From IMG/VR virus record IMGVR_UViG_3300020431_000022, positions 1 to 30,078 of that record: DNA of 30,078 nt. One strand, 5' to 3'. Source of the stretch: a virus. Its lineage: Duplodnaviria > Caudoviricetes. The translations under genes were made by a program, and so were the position numbers. Positions 16,744-26,832 of this stretch are shown one piece after another. The notes beneath the pieces are model-generated. The model saw only the letters and a list, made by a program, of their open reading frames with translations, made no database searches and had not been told where the DNA came from. Within the stretch, counting starts at the first letter, position 1. Each line of letters opens with the position of its first letter.

Positions 16744-19508
16744 TAAATACAGTCGATAACTTTGATTACAAGATTTTGGTTTATTTCACGTTCACCAGTA
16801 TCTTTTGTGGTATTAGGCGAATATGCTAAAACGGGGCGTATTTTCCCTCCCGTACCAGTATTTGTATTTATTACGATTTCTGGGAGCTTTGTAAATCTAT
16901 GATCACAGTCTTTTAAATCAACACCAAGGATTGATCCAGACGGACTTAGATTCAAAGTAAAGAAACATTCAGTTCCAACACCAACAGTATCGTCAGCGGT
17001 ATATCCAATTCCAGGTCCAATTATTTTGAAATCTGTAAAGATTCCCACTGGTGGATCTGTGGGACCTGAAGAACTTTTTGTGGAGAAATTGTAACTATTA
17101 GTTCCAGCAATACCAGCAAACTTATTGCCTGCAGCATCAGAAACCGATCCTCTATCAATATTAACAAAATAATCTGTTGCTGACTTCAGATTTTTATCTG
17201 GATTAATCTTAATGACATCTATTCCAATAAATTCAACCTTATCTTTATTTGTAATGTCAATTTTTTCATGAAGATCATTACTTGATACTTCTGAGATTGA
17301 AATTGTTCCTTTCCCTCTCACAACCTCTTCACTGAATGTTATGAATATATTTGTCGATGTGGAAATACCGCTGGTATTATCTGATGGAGTAGTGAAAATG
17401 ATATAAGGAGCTTGCAAGTCCTTTATAGGAACGAACGGAGTCGGATCTGAATCGTCATCTGGACCATCATCTGGAATATCAGGACCAGTACGATCTCCAT
17501 CCTCTGGAACCAATGGATCAAAGTTTGGACAATAGTATTCTCGACCAGTTTTCTGATCTACCCAGATGAAGTCTTTCTCACGCTCCATTCTAGGACTACC
17601 TTTATATTTCCTCTCCCTCAGTTTAGCTACAATGTCACAGTCATTCTTAAATGGATCTGGAAATAGTAGATCATTAGGATCATCATCCCTAGGATCAGTA
17701 TCAGTATCCTCAGGATCTGGAGGATTAACTGAACCTATTCCTCTAGAATCTGGACAATACCCAGAACCTTCTTCGAGTAAGAATATTTGTCTTACTTTAC
17801 CTCTTTTGTCAATAGTAGCTTCTGCAATTGCTCCCCCACCATATCTGGTTTTATCGATAATACATATTTTTGGAGGAAACTTGTAACCTCTTCCCCTATT
17901 TGTTATCTCAATGGAAAGAATACTTCCGTCATCTCCCGAGATAATAGGAATTGCTTTTGCAGTTTTTGTGCATGATCCAATAATTTTTACCTTTGGAGGT
18001 AAACAGTATATGAATTTACTTCCAGGGGGAATAGTATCGGGAATATCATCCTGACTTTTGGGATTAGACGTTGTTTCATTACAGTCAAAAAACTGTGATA
18101 CATTTCCACCCATCAAACTGAGGAATGAAAGACTTCCATCACCAGCTGCAGCATCTAAATCATCAAGACTAATGTCTAGGTTGTTAGTTTTAATGATCTG
18201 GACATTATCCAAAACATTGGAAATTTTACCAGCAGATTTTGTAGATAATCCCCACCCCTGAGACCAATCATCATAATCCTTACATTGTAGGTTATCACAT
18301 GAAAGGAAACTCATGATCATGTTAATATATCCACCTACCTTTCCTAGTAGGCTTCCAATACCACCAAGAGCACCAGTCAACCAATCCAATCCATCCATGA
18401 TTGGTTCCAAGGCCTCGTCGATCGCATCAGTCATCTTTGCAATCATTGTTGCAACTGCTTGTTCTACTCCACAAACAGATGCACCAATTGTTTTATTGAC
18501 CATATTTTTCAGGAACCCAAAAATATAATCGAAAAGATTAATTCCTAATTTTTCTAGGACACAGAAGAGAATGTCCATGATTCTCTTAAGAGCAGCTGCA
18601 ACAGGAGATTTTTGTGGTTCTGGTACAATTAGTCCAACGAAGTCTCTAAATCTTTTTCCTAGGAACTTAAATATTTTATCTCGAAGAGTATTGAGGATCA
18701 TCTTCATCGCACCAACGATGAGTCTAGATGCTTTACCAACAATTCTTCTTATGTCCGCGACAAAGTTTTGTGCAGAGTTAATATAAGTCGATCCAAATTT
18801 CTGCAAAGAATTGATAGTTTTAAGAAAACTTCCTACTGCATGAGTAACTTTAGAGATCGCATCATTCTCGCAGGCATTAGATCCACTATGAGGTGCAAGA
18901 GATGCATTACCAAAGTATTGACTAGAAGACTGTACGACTCGTCTAACACCTTCCACGTCCCCTACAGCACCCGCAGTGGGAGACTTCCTGGCAGTCCTAC
19001 CATTCTCTTTTGGAGTCGATACAGTAGTGTCTCCTTGCACTGGTAGGTTGGTAGGACCAAAAGGTGCTCCCATAGATGTACCAGAGAATACACCAAACCC
19101 AGCAGATTTCTCCTCATCAATTGTTTCTTTACTAATCGTATTCTTAACTTCTTTTAGATTCCTTTGCAGACACCCAAAAACAACAGGTTGTTGTGCTTCT
19201 TCTCCATCCAGAAAGAAACCGAAAACAGTTTCTCCACCTACCATGGAACTACTCTCACCAAGACCACCTTGACCACCACCCATACTTGGTGAGGCCATGA
19301 CATGAGCCCAAGGCAAATCGACTTCGGGAAGAGTATCACCATCAAATGGATGATATCCAATTATTCTTACTTTACATCTATATGACCATCCTTCCTCAGG
19401 ATCTGTAGATAAATCACGCCAAACTCGTGGATCAGCAACACGGCCGATCCACCAAATAAAACCGTCTCTGCCGGCATATTGAGTTTTTAGTAAAGAATGG
19501 TCGATCAT
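16743..19508 (-). CDS. gp5: Baseplate hub subunit gp5 (OB-fold N-terminus) with an Ig-like domain insertion
   Basis: GRDGFIWWIGRV...RCKVRIIGYHP...LPWAHV...GETVFGFFLDGEEAQQPVVFG is the gp5 N-terminal signature. A later APYIIFTTPSDN...ITFSEEV...YFVNIDRGSVSDAAGNKF segment resembles a bacterial Ig-like (Big_5) domain. Confidence 0.85.
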   Translation of the reverse strand: MIDHSLLKTQYAGRDGFIWWIGRVADPRVWRDLSTDPEEGWSYRCKVRIIGYHPFDGDTLPEVDLPWAHVMASPSMGGGQGGLGESSSMVGGETVFGFFLDGEEAQQPVVFGCLQRNLKEVKNTISKETIDEEKSAGFGVFSGTSMGAPFGPTNLPVQGDTTVSTPKENGRTARKSPTAGAVGDVEGVRRVVQSSSQYFGNASLAPHSGSNACENDAISKVTHAVGSFLKTINSLQKFGSTYINSAQNFVADIRRIVGKASRLIVGAMKMILNTLRDKIFKFLGKRFRDFVGLIVPEPQKSPVAAALKRIMDILFCVLEKLGINLFDYIFGFLKNMVNKTIGASVCGVEQAVATMIAKMTDAIDEALEPIMDGLDWLTGALGGIGSLLGKVGGYINMIMSFLSCDNLQCKDYDDWSQGWGLSTKSAGKISNVLDNVQIIKTNNLDISLDDLDAAAGDGSLSFLSLMGGNVSQFFDCNETTSNPKSQDDIPDTIPPGSKFIYCLPPKVKIIGSCTKTAKAIPIISGDDGSILSIEITNRGRGYKFPPKICIIDKTRYGGGAIAEATIDKRGKVRQIFLLEEGSGYCPDSRGIGSVNPPDPEDTDTDPRDDDPNDLLFPDPFKNDCDIVAKLRERKYKGSPRMEREKDFIWVDQKTGREYYCPNFDPLVPEDGDRTGPDIPDDGPDDDSDPTPFVPIKDLQAPYIIFTTPSDNTSGISTSTNIFITFSEEVVRGKGTISISEVSSNDLHEKIDITNKDKVEFIGIDVIKINPDKNLKSATDYFVNIDRGSVSDAAGNKFAGIAGTNSYNFSTKSSSGPTDPPVGIFTDFKIIGPGIGYTADDTVGVGTECFFTLNLSPSGSILGVDLKDCDHRFTKLPEIVINTNTGTGGKIRPVLAYSPNTTKDTGEREINQNLVIKVIDCI

Positions 19509-19511
19509 ATA

Positions 19512-19739
19512 TCAGTCCTCATAAACAAGGCATTCTGGTTCTGATGGGTTCATATCACAATACAATTCCAAAGGTGTTGGATCATGATGATCCCCTTCCT
19601 CAATTTCTTTTTTGTGATGTTCAACGTAATCTTCCAATTCATGCAACTCACCCTCAATGTGGCGACGTTGATTGGGAGAAATCATAGGATTGTCAAGGAT
19701 CTCTTTGTCCTTTTCGATATGTTTTTCGATGCTTTCCAT
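19512..19739 (-). CDS. cp12: CP12 Calvin-cycle inhibitor (auxiliary metabolic gene)
   Basis: C-terminal PLELYCDMNPSEPECLVYED CP12 motif. The N-terminal Cys pair is absent, as in marine picocyanobacterial and cyanophage CP12. Confidence 0.9.
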   Translation of the reverse strand: MESIEKHIEKDKEILDNPMISPNQRRHIEGELHELEDYVEHHKKEIEEGDHHDPTPLELYCDMNPSEPECLVYED

Positions 19740-19760
19740 AGTTTGCGTAATGTGGAATAG

Positions 19761-21065
19761 TTATATTCTATATGAATCTCGGACCAAATTCAGTGATGTT
19801 GTGTTTTGACCACCTGCAACATCAAAATGATGTCTTAAGCTGCGAATTAAATAATTACCACTCGACTCCTTGTCTACAGATTTTTCATTAGGATTTGATG
19901 GTCCGACAGTAGGGAAGATAATTCTAATTAATTCCCCCGCTTTTAAATTCACATTGCATGGTACTACAATATTTAGTGACTGTGTAAACAACAAGTTATA
20001 TCTAGAAAATGATTTAGCCATGTCGGAATTATCTCTACCACTATCTTCAACTAAATTATCACCTTGCATACCAGTATCCCCAATCCTGACAAGAATTCTG
20101 GTGGCAGTGTCAGTAATCTTACCACCAGGCAGTTCCATATCTGTCCCTAATTGTGGGTCGAAGTGTTCTTTAATTTTATAAGAAAAGGCATCAAACTTCC
20201 AACTTACAGGATTATAAAAATATGTCAAGTTTGAATATAAACCAACTCTCATATTTTTAATTAAATCTGTATTTTTATCAAGATATGAGTGAATAATTTT
20301 AAATGTGGAATCTCCTTGTTCCACAATATTTGTAGATGTATAAGTTATAATATCTTTGGTGTCTGCCGATGACATACTCACTGTTTGACTACACATGGAG
20401 TCGATAGATTTAAAGTGGAATCCATCTTGGTTCTCGAAGAAAAAGAATCCAGAAGTTCCAACAGCCTCTGCATTAGTTCCTGAACCAGATGTACCTGAAA
20501 CCTGGGCAGTATTTGAGAATGGGATTGATTTTGGGGCTAACCATGTGCAAGTATGGAAGGGTTTTTTCTGATTACCCATAAATCCATAAGCGTTTGAAGT
20601 CTTCTCCACAAATATTCTATCAGAATCAATTTTCAATAAATTTCCTAAAATATTTTCTACATGTGTAGAAATAGCGGCTTTTTTAAATCTAGTTTGGCAT
20701 CTCGTCGCTTCATTATCAAAAACTGATTTTGTTGCACAAGCCAATGTAAAGGTTTCTGTTCCATCTTTAGTAACCAAATCTTGGACACCAGTTACAAATA
20801 AAGGATTTTGCTCGTTATATTGTAATTTTCCAAGTGATGTCTCAATTGTCAAATCCAGTCGATCAAATCCCCTAATAGGTAACTTATGATATAAATTATC
20901 GGTGTCTGCACAGGTAAGGTAACATGTAACAGAGGGGTTAAGTAAATCCTCAAAGTAATCTATGCTTGAAATAGCACGAGTAAAACTATAAGCCTTTTCA
21001 TTATCTTCACCAGAAGAAGTCAGATAAGCTTCGGAAATTTTGACATTTGCAAGGGAAGAACTCAT
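19761..21065 (-). CDS. Baseplate hub protein (gp27-like)
   Basis: IDYFEDLLNPSVT, GFFFFENQDGFHFKSID, LKAGELIRIIFP, SGNYLIRSLRHHF...TSLNLVRDS motifs; located upstream of gp5. Confidence 0.7.
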   Translation of the reverse strand: MSSSLANVKISEAYLTSSGEDNEKAYSFTRAISSIDYFEDLLNPSVTCYLTCADTDNLYHKLPIRGFDRLDLTIETSLGKLQYNEQNPLFVTGVQDLVTKDGTETFTLACATKSVFDNEATRCQTRFKKAAISTHVENILGNLLKIDSDRIFVEKTSNAYGFMGNQKKPFHTCTWLAPKSIPFSNTAQVSGTSGSGTNAEAVGTSGFFFFENQDGFHFKSIDSMCSQTVSMSSADTKDIITYTSTNIVEQGDSTFKIIHSYLDKNTDLIKNMRVGLYSNLTYFYNPVSWKFDAFSYKIKEHFDPQLGTDMELPGGKITDTATRILVRIGDTGMQGDNLVEDSGRDNSDMAKSFSRYNLLFTQSLNIVVPCNVNLKAGELIRIIFPTVGPSNPNEKSVDKESSGNYLIRSLRHHFDVAGGQNTTSLNLVRDSYRI

Positions 21066-22936
21066 GATCCTGATAACTGTGTGAGTAAGATTGACTGTGA
21101 GATTGTAACTATGTCCATACTATTAGTAACATTATCACCTCCTTTAGATCCACCACTAGACATGAAATTTGGCGTCGATTTATGATTTTGTGGTAACTGA
21201 TTGCTAGTTATAATAGTATTATTTACTCTATTCGGTCTATTATAAGATGGATACTGATTTACTGGAGGTTCTTGACGTTTAGTTGGAGTTATTATCGATG
21301 GAGGAAGTTCAGCACTATTGGATTGAGGGGGATTTGCAGTCGAAGATGCATCAGGGATAGTGGAGGCCTTTTGTGGATCTACTTTAGACTGTTCGTCCAG
21401 TTTATCTTCATATGATACTAATTTATTTTCAAATTCTTCTAAACTAATACGTTTACCATTTACATCAAAATACTTATCTTCTCTAGTTCCTATAAGATTT
21501 CTACCCAAAACATATGTACCAACTTCAGGAATACGTACTTTTTCATCAACTCTAGAAATATCATGAGATGATTGCAGTTCTTCAAGTTTTTTAGTTAATA
21601 CTGCCAAGTTATCTTTTTTGTCCTTGGATTCTTTTTGTGTCGGTATTACTTTTGTTTGTGGATCAGAAGAAGATTGGGGTGCTACTGGTGGAACTGTTGG
21701 CTCAGGATTTGACGGTTGAATGGATGTTGCATTATTTACTTCTGCAAATGGGATTTTATGTAACCCACCTAAGAATTTACTAGACTGAGAAGCACTGTAT
21801 CTTTCATAAGTTCCTTGTTTATATAATTCCAGATGCAAGTGTGTATCGTTATATTGAGTTTCTTCTCCGCCTAGAGGAACGAGAGTACCAATAATTTGAC
21901 CTCTAGCAATTTTATCTCCAGGTTGCACACTTGGATTCATATGCAAGTATCTTGCATCAACATTGAGGTCTGGATGATTAATCATTACACCAGCAAGATA
22001 TGCATCCTTACTACCATTATATCTCTCATCAATAACTACACCATCCGACATTGCAATAATTGGAGTTCTGGGATTTTTCCTATATGGAGTAGTTTCTGCT
22101 ATATCAGTTCCATGGTGCATTCTACCATTTCGCATCCCAACGGGAGAAGAAACATAATTTCCACCTGGGAATGGGTGTAATCCACCAGATCCATAGTTGG
22201 AAGTATTAATTTTACGTGATACTGGTCTCGCAATTGAAGTTGTAGGTTGGGATTGTGTTGTTTGGCTTGCTGATACTGGAATACCTTGAGTAAAAATACC
22301 TGCATTAGCAAGAGCTCCAAACAGTGTAACACCCGAAGCAAATTTGCTTATATTTAATTTTTTAGTATTTCCTTCTGTCCACTCACCAGGACCAAAATCA
22401 TCTGGAGTCCTTGGCGTGAGATTTTTACCATATGTTCTAGTTTGACCCGTCTCTAAAAAATAAATTTGTTCATCTACTTCTTGTGCAACTCCAGTGATCC
22501 AATCCCACCAGTTTAAATTCTTTTTTTGTTCATATAAGGCTCTAAGTTTCTCTTCTCTAGTTCCAGGGGCCTTTGCAGTTTTCCTTTCATTAGTATTAAT
22601 TAATCCAGGAACAAGAGCAGGTAACCATGCCCCTGCGGTGCCAAGAATAACTGCAATAGATGCACCTTGCAGCATACGACCCAACAATGCATTAGTTGCC
22701 ATACCAAATGGAGACGGCAAACTTAACGCAAATCCGCCATTACTATTCTTACCTATAACAGACAAATCAATTGTCTTAAGGTATTTCATTTTATTTTTGG
22801 AAGGAAACTTAAAGTTCCTCAGTTTACTATCGTTACGTCTTATAAACTTACTAAACCGTACAATTGCTTTTTCAGTATCCGCAACAGGACCCCTTACACC
22901 TTCCGCTACTGCTCTAATGTTAATTGGTTTAGCCAT
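21062..22936 (-). CDS. Tail-associated protein with an M23 peptidase domain
   Basis: SSPVGMRNGRMHHGTDI (HxxxD), YLHM, V.PGDKIARGQIIG, HLHLE (HxH). Confidence 0.82.
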   Translation of the reverse strand: MAKPINIRAVAEGVRGPVADTEKAIVRFSKFIRRNDSKLRNFKFPSKNKMKYLKTIDLSVIGKNSNGGFALSLPSPFGMATNALLGRMLQGASIAVILGTAGAWLPALVPGLINTNERKTAKAPGTREEKLRALYEQKKNLNWWDWITGVAQEVDEQIYFLETGQTRTYGKNLTPRTPDDFGPGEWTEGNTKKLNISKFASGVTLFGALANAGIFTQGIPVSASQTTQSQPTTSIARPVSRKINTSNYGSGGLHPFPGGNYVSSPVGMRNGRMHHGTDIAETTPYRKNPRTPIIAMSDGVVIDERYNGSKDAYLAGVMINHPDLNVDARYLHMNPSVQPGDKIARGQIIGTLVPLGGEETQYNDTHLHLELYKQGTYERYSASQSSKFLGGLHKIPFAEVNNATSIQPSNPEPTVPPVAPQSSSDPQTKVIPTQKESKDKKDNLAVLTKKLEELQSSHDISRVDEKVRIPEVGTYVLGRNLIGTREDKYFDVNGKRISLEEFENKLVSYEDKLDEQSKVDPQKASTIPDASSTANPPQSNSAELPPSIITPTKRQEPPVNQYPSYNRPNRVNNTIITSNQLPQNHKSTPNFMSSGGSKGGDNVTNSMDIVTISQSILLTQLSGS

Positions 22937-24606
22937 TATCCGTCAACGATGTTATATACGATTCTTGAATACATGGTATGAATATTTCCCATATCAAATG
23001 GTGCGAGGAAAGGAACTTTACCTCCTTCAGAATCACTCATAACATGATTCTGTTGTTCCTGTCCCTGTTGGGTATTGCCCATATTTATTGGAATAATATT
23101 AGTTTGAACATCATCTTCAGTAATAATTTGTTCTGGAGACTGAGCAATAGTTCTAGAAGCTTCCGATCTCAATTCTGATCCGTCTATTGATGGATCCAAT
23201 CCAGTTGCACTCCCGTAATTACTATATGCTGCGTTATACGTAGACATGAAATTTGCAGTATTTACGTTTGGCTGACTTCCTCCAGGTAAGGATGGCCATC
23301 CCATATCTACAGATAGTTTTGGAACAACATCTGATATTAGGTTACCATCCCTAATAGACTGAATCATTCCCTGTTCACCACCTTTTCCACCTTGGATTCC
23401 ATACACTTTGGTCATGTATGATCTCATCATTCTGTCTTGATTTGACTTGGTAAATTTATCCTTATTCAGATCAAGTCCAGCGTCTATTGCAGTTTGTCTA
23501 TGGAAATCTGGGTGGAATTGATATGCACCAATTGCACCTGTTGTAGTATCTCCCTTTCCTTGCATACTCTCACCAGCTTGGAAAGCTTGTTCAATAGTCA
23601 GTCCTTCAAGATTGACACCATGATCAGTCTGACCTTGAATAGCATTTACATCACCTTCTCCAGCAGAAACTGCATCCATTAAAGCGAGCATTTCTGGCGC
23701 AGCATTTGGAAGAGAAATACCACCACCAGAAGCAGTTCCCATAGGGGTACTCGTAGGTTGAGCACTGGATTCTGATTTTAAGTCGATTCCTCCAGAACCG
23801 TTAGAGTCGTTGTCATCTTGTGGAGTGATCGCACTTCTAATTCCATCCAGAATAGACGAAAATTCCTCAACAGTGGAGTTGAATAACGCAACATCCATAT
23901 CATTAGGCATTCCAGCCAATGACTGTTGTTGTTGAACTCCTCCAACAGGAGGAGGGGCTCCACTAATTTGTCCACCTTGTGGGGCAGGACCTTCTTTCTC
24001 TGCTTTTTGCATCTGATCATACGTGATCTTTGCAGCAAAAGCAGCAGTAACTGCAAGAGCAAGAGTCTTTAATCCACCCAATCCCATCCCAGGAGATTTT
24101 GCGGAACCTAAATTCTTAGCAGCACTACCTAGTTGAGTAATTAACTTTAATATAATATCTCTGGATTGGAATATAAAGTCAAATGTCCTCTGTAGAGGTT
24201 GCATTAAACTCATCAAATTCTGTTGGAATCTTTGGAGTTCGTCTAGTCCACCCCTAAAGATTCGGGCCAACATTTCGTTTGGATCAAACGAATTTACCTG
24301 TCTTTCTACTCTTTCTGAGATTGTAGGAATAAGTCTATTAACTTTATTTTCTACAATCTGATTAATTTTGGTTACATTGATTCCATCAGATTCTTGTTGT
24401 GGATCTTGAGGCTGCAAAAGACCTTGCGCTACACCTACAAGTGGAGATTTAGCAGGTTGTACTCTCGAAGATCCCGCAACTCCTGATTTTCCTCTACCAA
24501 AGAAATCTGTAGAAGCACTAGTATTTTGTCTACCACCACGAAAAAATGCACCAGGGTTAAACCTGGACATTCTTGGCATTATTCGTGGTGTAATAGGACT
24601 ACGCAT
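22936..24606 (-). CDS. Tail-associated (tape-measure-region) protein with a lambda-lysozyme-like muramidase domain
   Basis: ALMDAVSAGEG...GAIGAYQF...FTKSNQDRM...WPSLPG motifs after a helical N-terminal half. Confidence 0.72.
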   Translation of the reverse strand: MRSPITPRIMPRMSRFNPGAFFRGGRQNTSASTDFFGRGKSGVAGSSRVQPAKSPLVGVAQGLLQPQDPQQESDGINVTKINQIVENKVNRLIPTISERVERQVNSFDPNEMLARIFRGGLDELQRFQQNLMSLMQPLQRTFDFIFQSRDIILKLITQLGSAAKNLGSAKSPGMGLGGLKTLALAVTAAFAAKITYDQMQKAEKEGPAPQGGQISGAPPPVGGVQQQQSLAGMPNDMDVALFNSTVEEFSSILDGIRSAITPQDDNDSNGSGGIDLKSESSAQPTSTPMGTASGGGISLPNAAPEMLALMDAVSAGEGDVNAIQGQTDHGVNLEGLTIEQAFQAGESMQGKGDTTTGAIGAYQFHPDFHRQTAIDAGLDLNKDKFTKSNQDRMMRSYMTKVYGIQGGKGGEQGMIQSIRDGNLISDVVPKLSVDMGWPSLPGGSQPNVNTANFMSTYNAAYSNYGSATGLDPSIDGSELRSEASRTIAQSPEQIITEDDVQTNIIPINMGNTQQGQEQQNHVMSDSEGGKVPFLAPFDMGNIHTMYSRIVYNIVDG

Positions 24607-24790
24607 TACGTTTCGATGATTCTATTTGCTTACGTTTCAAATTCTCTTCTTCAATGTGCGATCTTAAGAGACCAACATAAATGTCTCTCTCCCAAGAAAC
24701 CATGTTTTCAATTTCTGTCAAAGAATATTTATGGAACTGCATTAAAGCGAAGTTGATTCGGTAATATGCCTCAAGATCAATATGAGACAT
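24599..24790 (-). CDS. gp51: Baseplate hub assembly catalyst gp51
   Basis: YYRINFALMQFHKYSLTEIENMVSWERDIYVGLL signature; directly follows gp26. Confidence 0.88.
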   Translation of the reverse strand: MSHIDLEAYYRINFALMQFHKYSLTEIENMVSWERDIYVGLLRSHIEEENLKRKQIESSKRNA

Positions 24791-24792
24791 TA

Positions 24793-25515
24793 TCAGGCGA
24801 AAAAACTCGATAAGCCCTCCAAAACGACTGTATTCTCTTTTTTAGTGTTGGGATTCATGACTTTGATTTCATGACGAAGTTTAGGCATAGTTTCAAAGAA
24901 CTGTTCAATTTTTTTGAATTGTTCAGAAGTCAAACTTTCTACCCAATCCCTAAGTTCTTTTTTAGAACATTCGGAAGCAACCCACGCATCATCATTAGTA
25001 TAAACTTGTTCAATACAAGAACAGATAATATCAAAAGATCTCTCCACTTCACTATCATCTACAGATCTGACACTAAAATTAGTATCAATAAATTGACCCA
25101 TAGTTGGATACTTCATTCTAAGAATATACCCCTGACCAAGTTCTAAGTCTTGGTTATGATCTGGATGCTTTTCAACTTGAATTTTATCGATTGGTATGGA
25201 TACATTAATTTTAGTTTCTCCATCATCGCCACAAGTGACAACAATATCTATAGACTCACCTACTGACTTACCACGAATATTTAAGAACAAATATTCAATA
25301 TCAAAACTAGGTAGATCTTCAATCTTAACTCTACCGATAACGCATTCTTTTAAAACTTGTTTAACAGCTATGCTAATTTGATTAGTGTCCTCACTTTCAA
25401 GGGCTAAGATAAGAATTTTTTCTTCTCTTACCAGAAATGGTCTATATTTAATTTTTTTGCCACTTGAAGGCAATACCAATTCATATTGGGATGTGGTAAT
25501 TTTTGGTAAAGGCAT
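24793..25515 (-). CDS. gp26: Baseplate hub subunit gp26
   Basis: MPLPKI...YELVLPSSGKKIKYRPFLVREEKILILA...FDIEYLFLNIRGKSVGE...LEGLSSFF. Confidence 0.9.
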   Translation of the reverse strand: MPLPKITTSQYELVLPSSGKKIKYRPFLVREEKILILALESEDTNQISIAVKQVLKECVIGRVKIEDLPSFDIEYLFLNIRGKSVGESIDIVVTCGDDGETKINVSIPIDKIQVEKHPDHNQDLELGQGYILRMKYPTMGQFIDTNFSVRSVDDSEVERSFDIICSCIEQVYTNDDAWVASECSKKELRDWVESLTSEQFKKIEQFFETMPKLRHEIKVMNPNTKKENTVVLEGLSSFFA

Positions 25516-25539
25516 GACTATTATTTCAGTTCATAAGAG

Positions 25540-25547
25540 TATTTATT
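25540..25547 (-). promoter_or_regulatory. Late promoter AATAAATA for the gp26 operon
   Basis: Late-box match 25 nt upstream of the gp26 ATG, overlapping the upstream stop. Confidence 0.6.
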
Positions 25548-26361
25548 AGGCTATTGTTGATGTTGTAGTTTCAATCTGACCATCTCTCAACCATTGTTGA
25601 GTTAGTGTATTTGGTCCACTCTGAAACTCTCCAACCAACAATGAGTTATCTTGGTTATTAATACTTCTTCTACCCGATTGTATGATTACTTTTCTATCAT
25701 ATCTCATATTGATGGTTACTTTAAGTAATTGTGCAGCATCATATGAAAGTGGAATACTTTCGATATTTGTTGGAAAAGCATTTACGAATGCATAGACGAT
25801 ATTATCACGATAATCTCGTTCAAATTTTGTTATAGAAATCATCCTTCTATAACTGTCTGGATATCTAAATCTATACATTACACCTCTTTGATCTATCAAA
25901 GATTCATATCCACCAGGACTTCCAGATGTAAGTTTGTTGGGAGCATAGATTGGATTAATATAGTTAACCCATTCTTCAAATAGTCTAAGTGTCTGGTAAT
26001 CTGAAGAAACGTAAAATGTAAATGCAACCTCCATATCTCTTCTGGGACCAGAAAAAGATTCATACATTCCCTGACGATCTCCAAAGGTTTCAAAGGGAGC
26101 TAAGCTTGTTCCAGGGATAAATGTTTCGGAACATAAAAAATCAAATCTTCCTGGATCATCTTTCCCGAATACACCAGAACTAGTCAACCAAGCACTTAAG
26201 TCGGAATCGTTACTAACTCCAGCAAATTTTGATAGATGAAGTGATACCTTGAAGTTATTAGTAGTTGCAGGTGATTGTAATTGTGCAGCAAACGTACCAT
26301 CATTTGTTCTTGATTTTGCTGTTTCACCAAGAAAGGATTTGAGTTGCTGAAAAATTCCCAT
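25546..26361 (-). CDS. Baseplate-tail tube initiator (gp54/gp19-like)
   Basis: FLCSETFIPG, FTFYVSSDYQTLRLFEEWVNYI, NAFPTNIESIPLSY...LLKVTINMRY tube-fold motifs. Confidence 0.78.
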   Translation of the reverse strand: MGIFQQLKSFLGETAKSRTNDGTFAAQLQSPATTNNFKVSLHLSKFAGVSNDSDLSAWLTSSGVFGKDDPGRFDFLCSETFIPGTSLAPFETFGDRQGMYESFSGPRRDMEVAFTFYVSSDYQTLRLFEEWVNYINPIYAPNKLTSGSPGGYESLIDQRGVMYRFRYPDSYRRMISITKFERDYRDNIVYAFVNAFPTNIESIPLSYDAAQLLKVTINMRYDRKVIIQSGRRSINNQDNSLLVGEFQSGPNTLTQQWLRDGQIETTTSTIA

Positions 26362-26368
26362 CTAAATA
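26361..26368 (+). promoter_or_regulatory. Late promoter TCTAAATA for gp4-gp2-gp48-gp53
   Basis: Late-box variant in the divergent junction, ~27 nt upstream of the ATG at 26395. Confidence 0.55.
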
Positions 26369-26394
26369 AATTTATGGTTTTATATACTATGTAT

Positions 26395-26832
26395 ATGTCT
26401 TATAAGGGAAAATATAAACCAGAACATCCCAAAAAATACAAAGGCGATCCAACTAATATTGTTTACAGGTCTCTTTGGGAACGAAAGTTTATGAGATATT
26501 GTGATTTAAATGAAAGTGTTTATCAATGGCAATCTGAAGAAATTATTATCCCATACAAGTCCCCTATGGATAATCGTATCCATAGATATTTTCCAGACTT
26601 CTTCATAAAATATACTGATAGGAATGGAAAAAGAAGATCTGTTGTGATAGAGGTAAAACCAAAACGACAACTAAAGATGCCTGAAAAAAATCCCAAAAGA
26701 AGGACAAAATCTTGGGCTTATGATGTCAATAATTGGATAATTAATCAAGCAAAATGGAAAGCTGCAGAAGAATATTGTGCAGATAGACAGTATGAATTCA
26801 GAATCATGACCGAAGACGATTTAGGAGTATGA
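26395..26832 (+). CDS. gp4: Head completion protein gp4 (TnsA-like endonuclease fold)
   Basis: MSYKGKYKP.HPKKYKGDPTNIVYRSLWERKFM...RYFPDF...IEVKP...NQAKWKAA. Start placed at ATG 26395 rather than TTG 26344. Confidence 0.92.
   Translation: MSYKGKYKPEHPKKYKGDPTNIVYRSLWERKFMRYCDLNESVYQWQSEEIIIPYKSPMDNRIHRYFPDFFIKYTDRNGKRRSVVIEVKPKRQLKMPEKNPKRRTKSWAYDVNNWIINQAKWKAAEEYCADRQYEFRIMTEDDLGV

Noticed and set aside
13731-25381. Plus-strand ORFs of 60-182 aa opposite the structural genes
   Set aside because: Antisense shadows of well-supported minus-strand genes.
26344-26394. N-terminal extension of gp4 from TTG 26344
   Set aside because: Overlaps the divergent gene start and the late promoter; gp4 homologs begin near MSYKGKY.
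26395-26832. TnsA-like nuclease motif suggesting a transposon or homing endonuclease
   Set aside because: This is the normal fold of T4-like gp4 in its conserved gp4-gp2 context.
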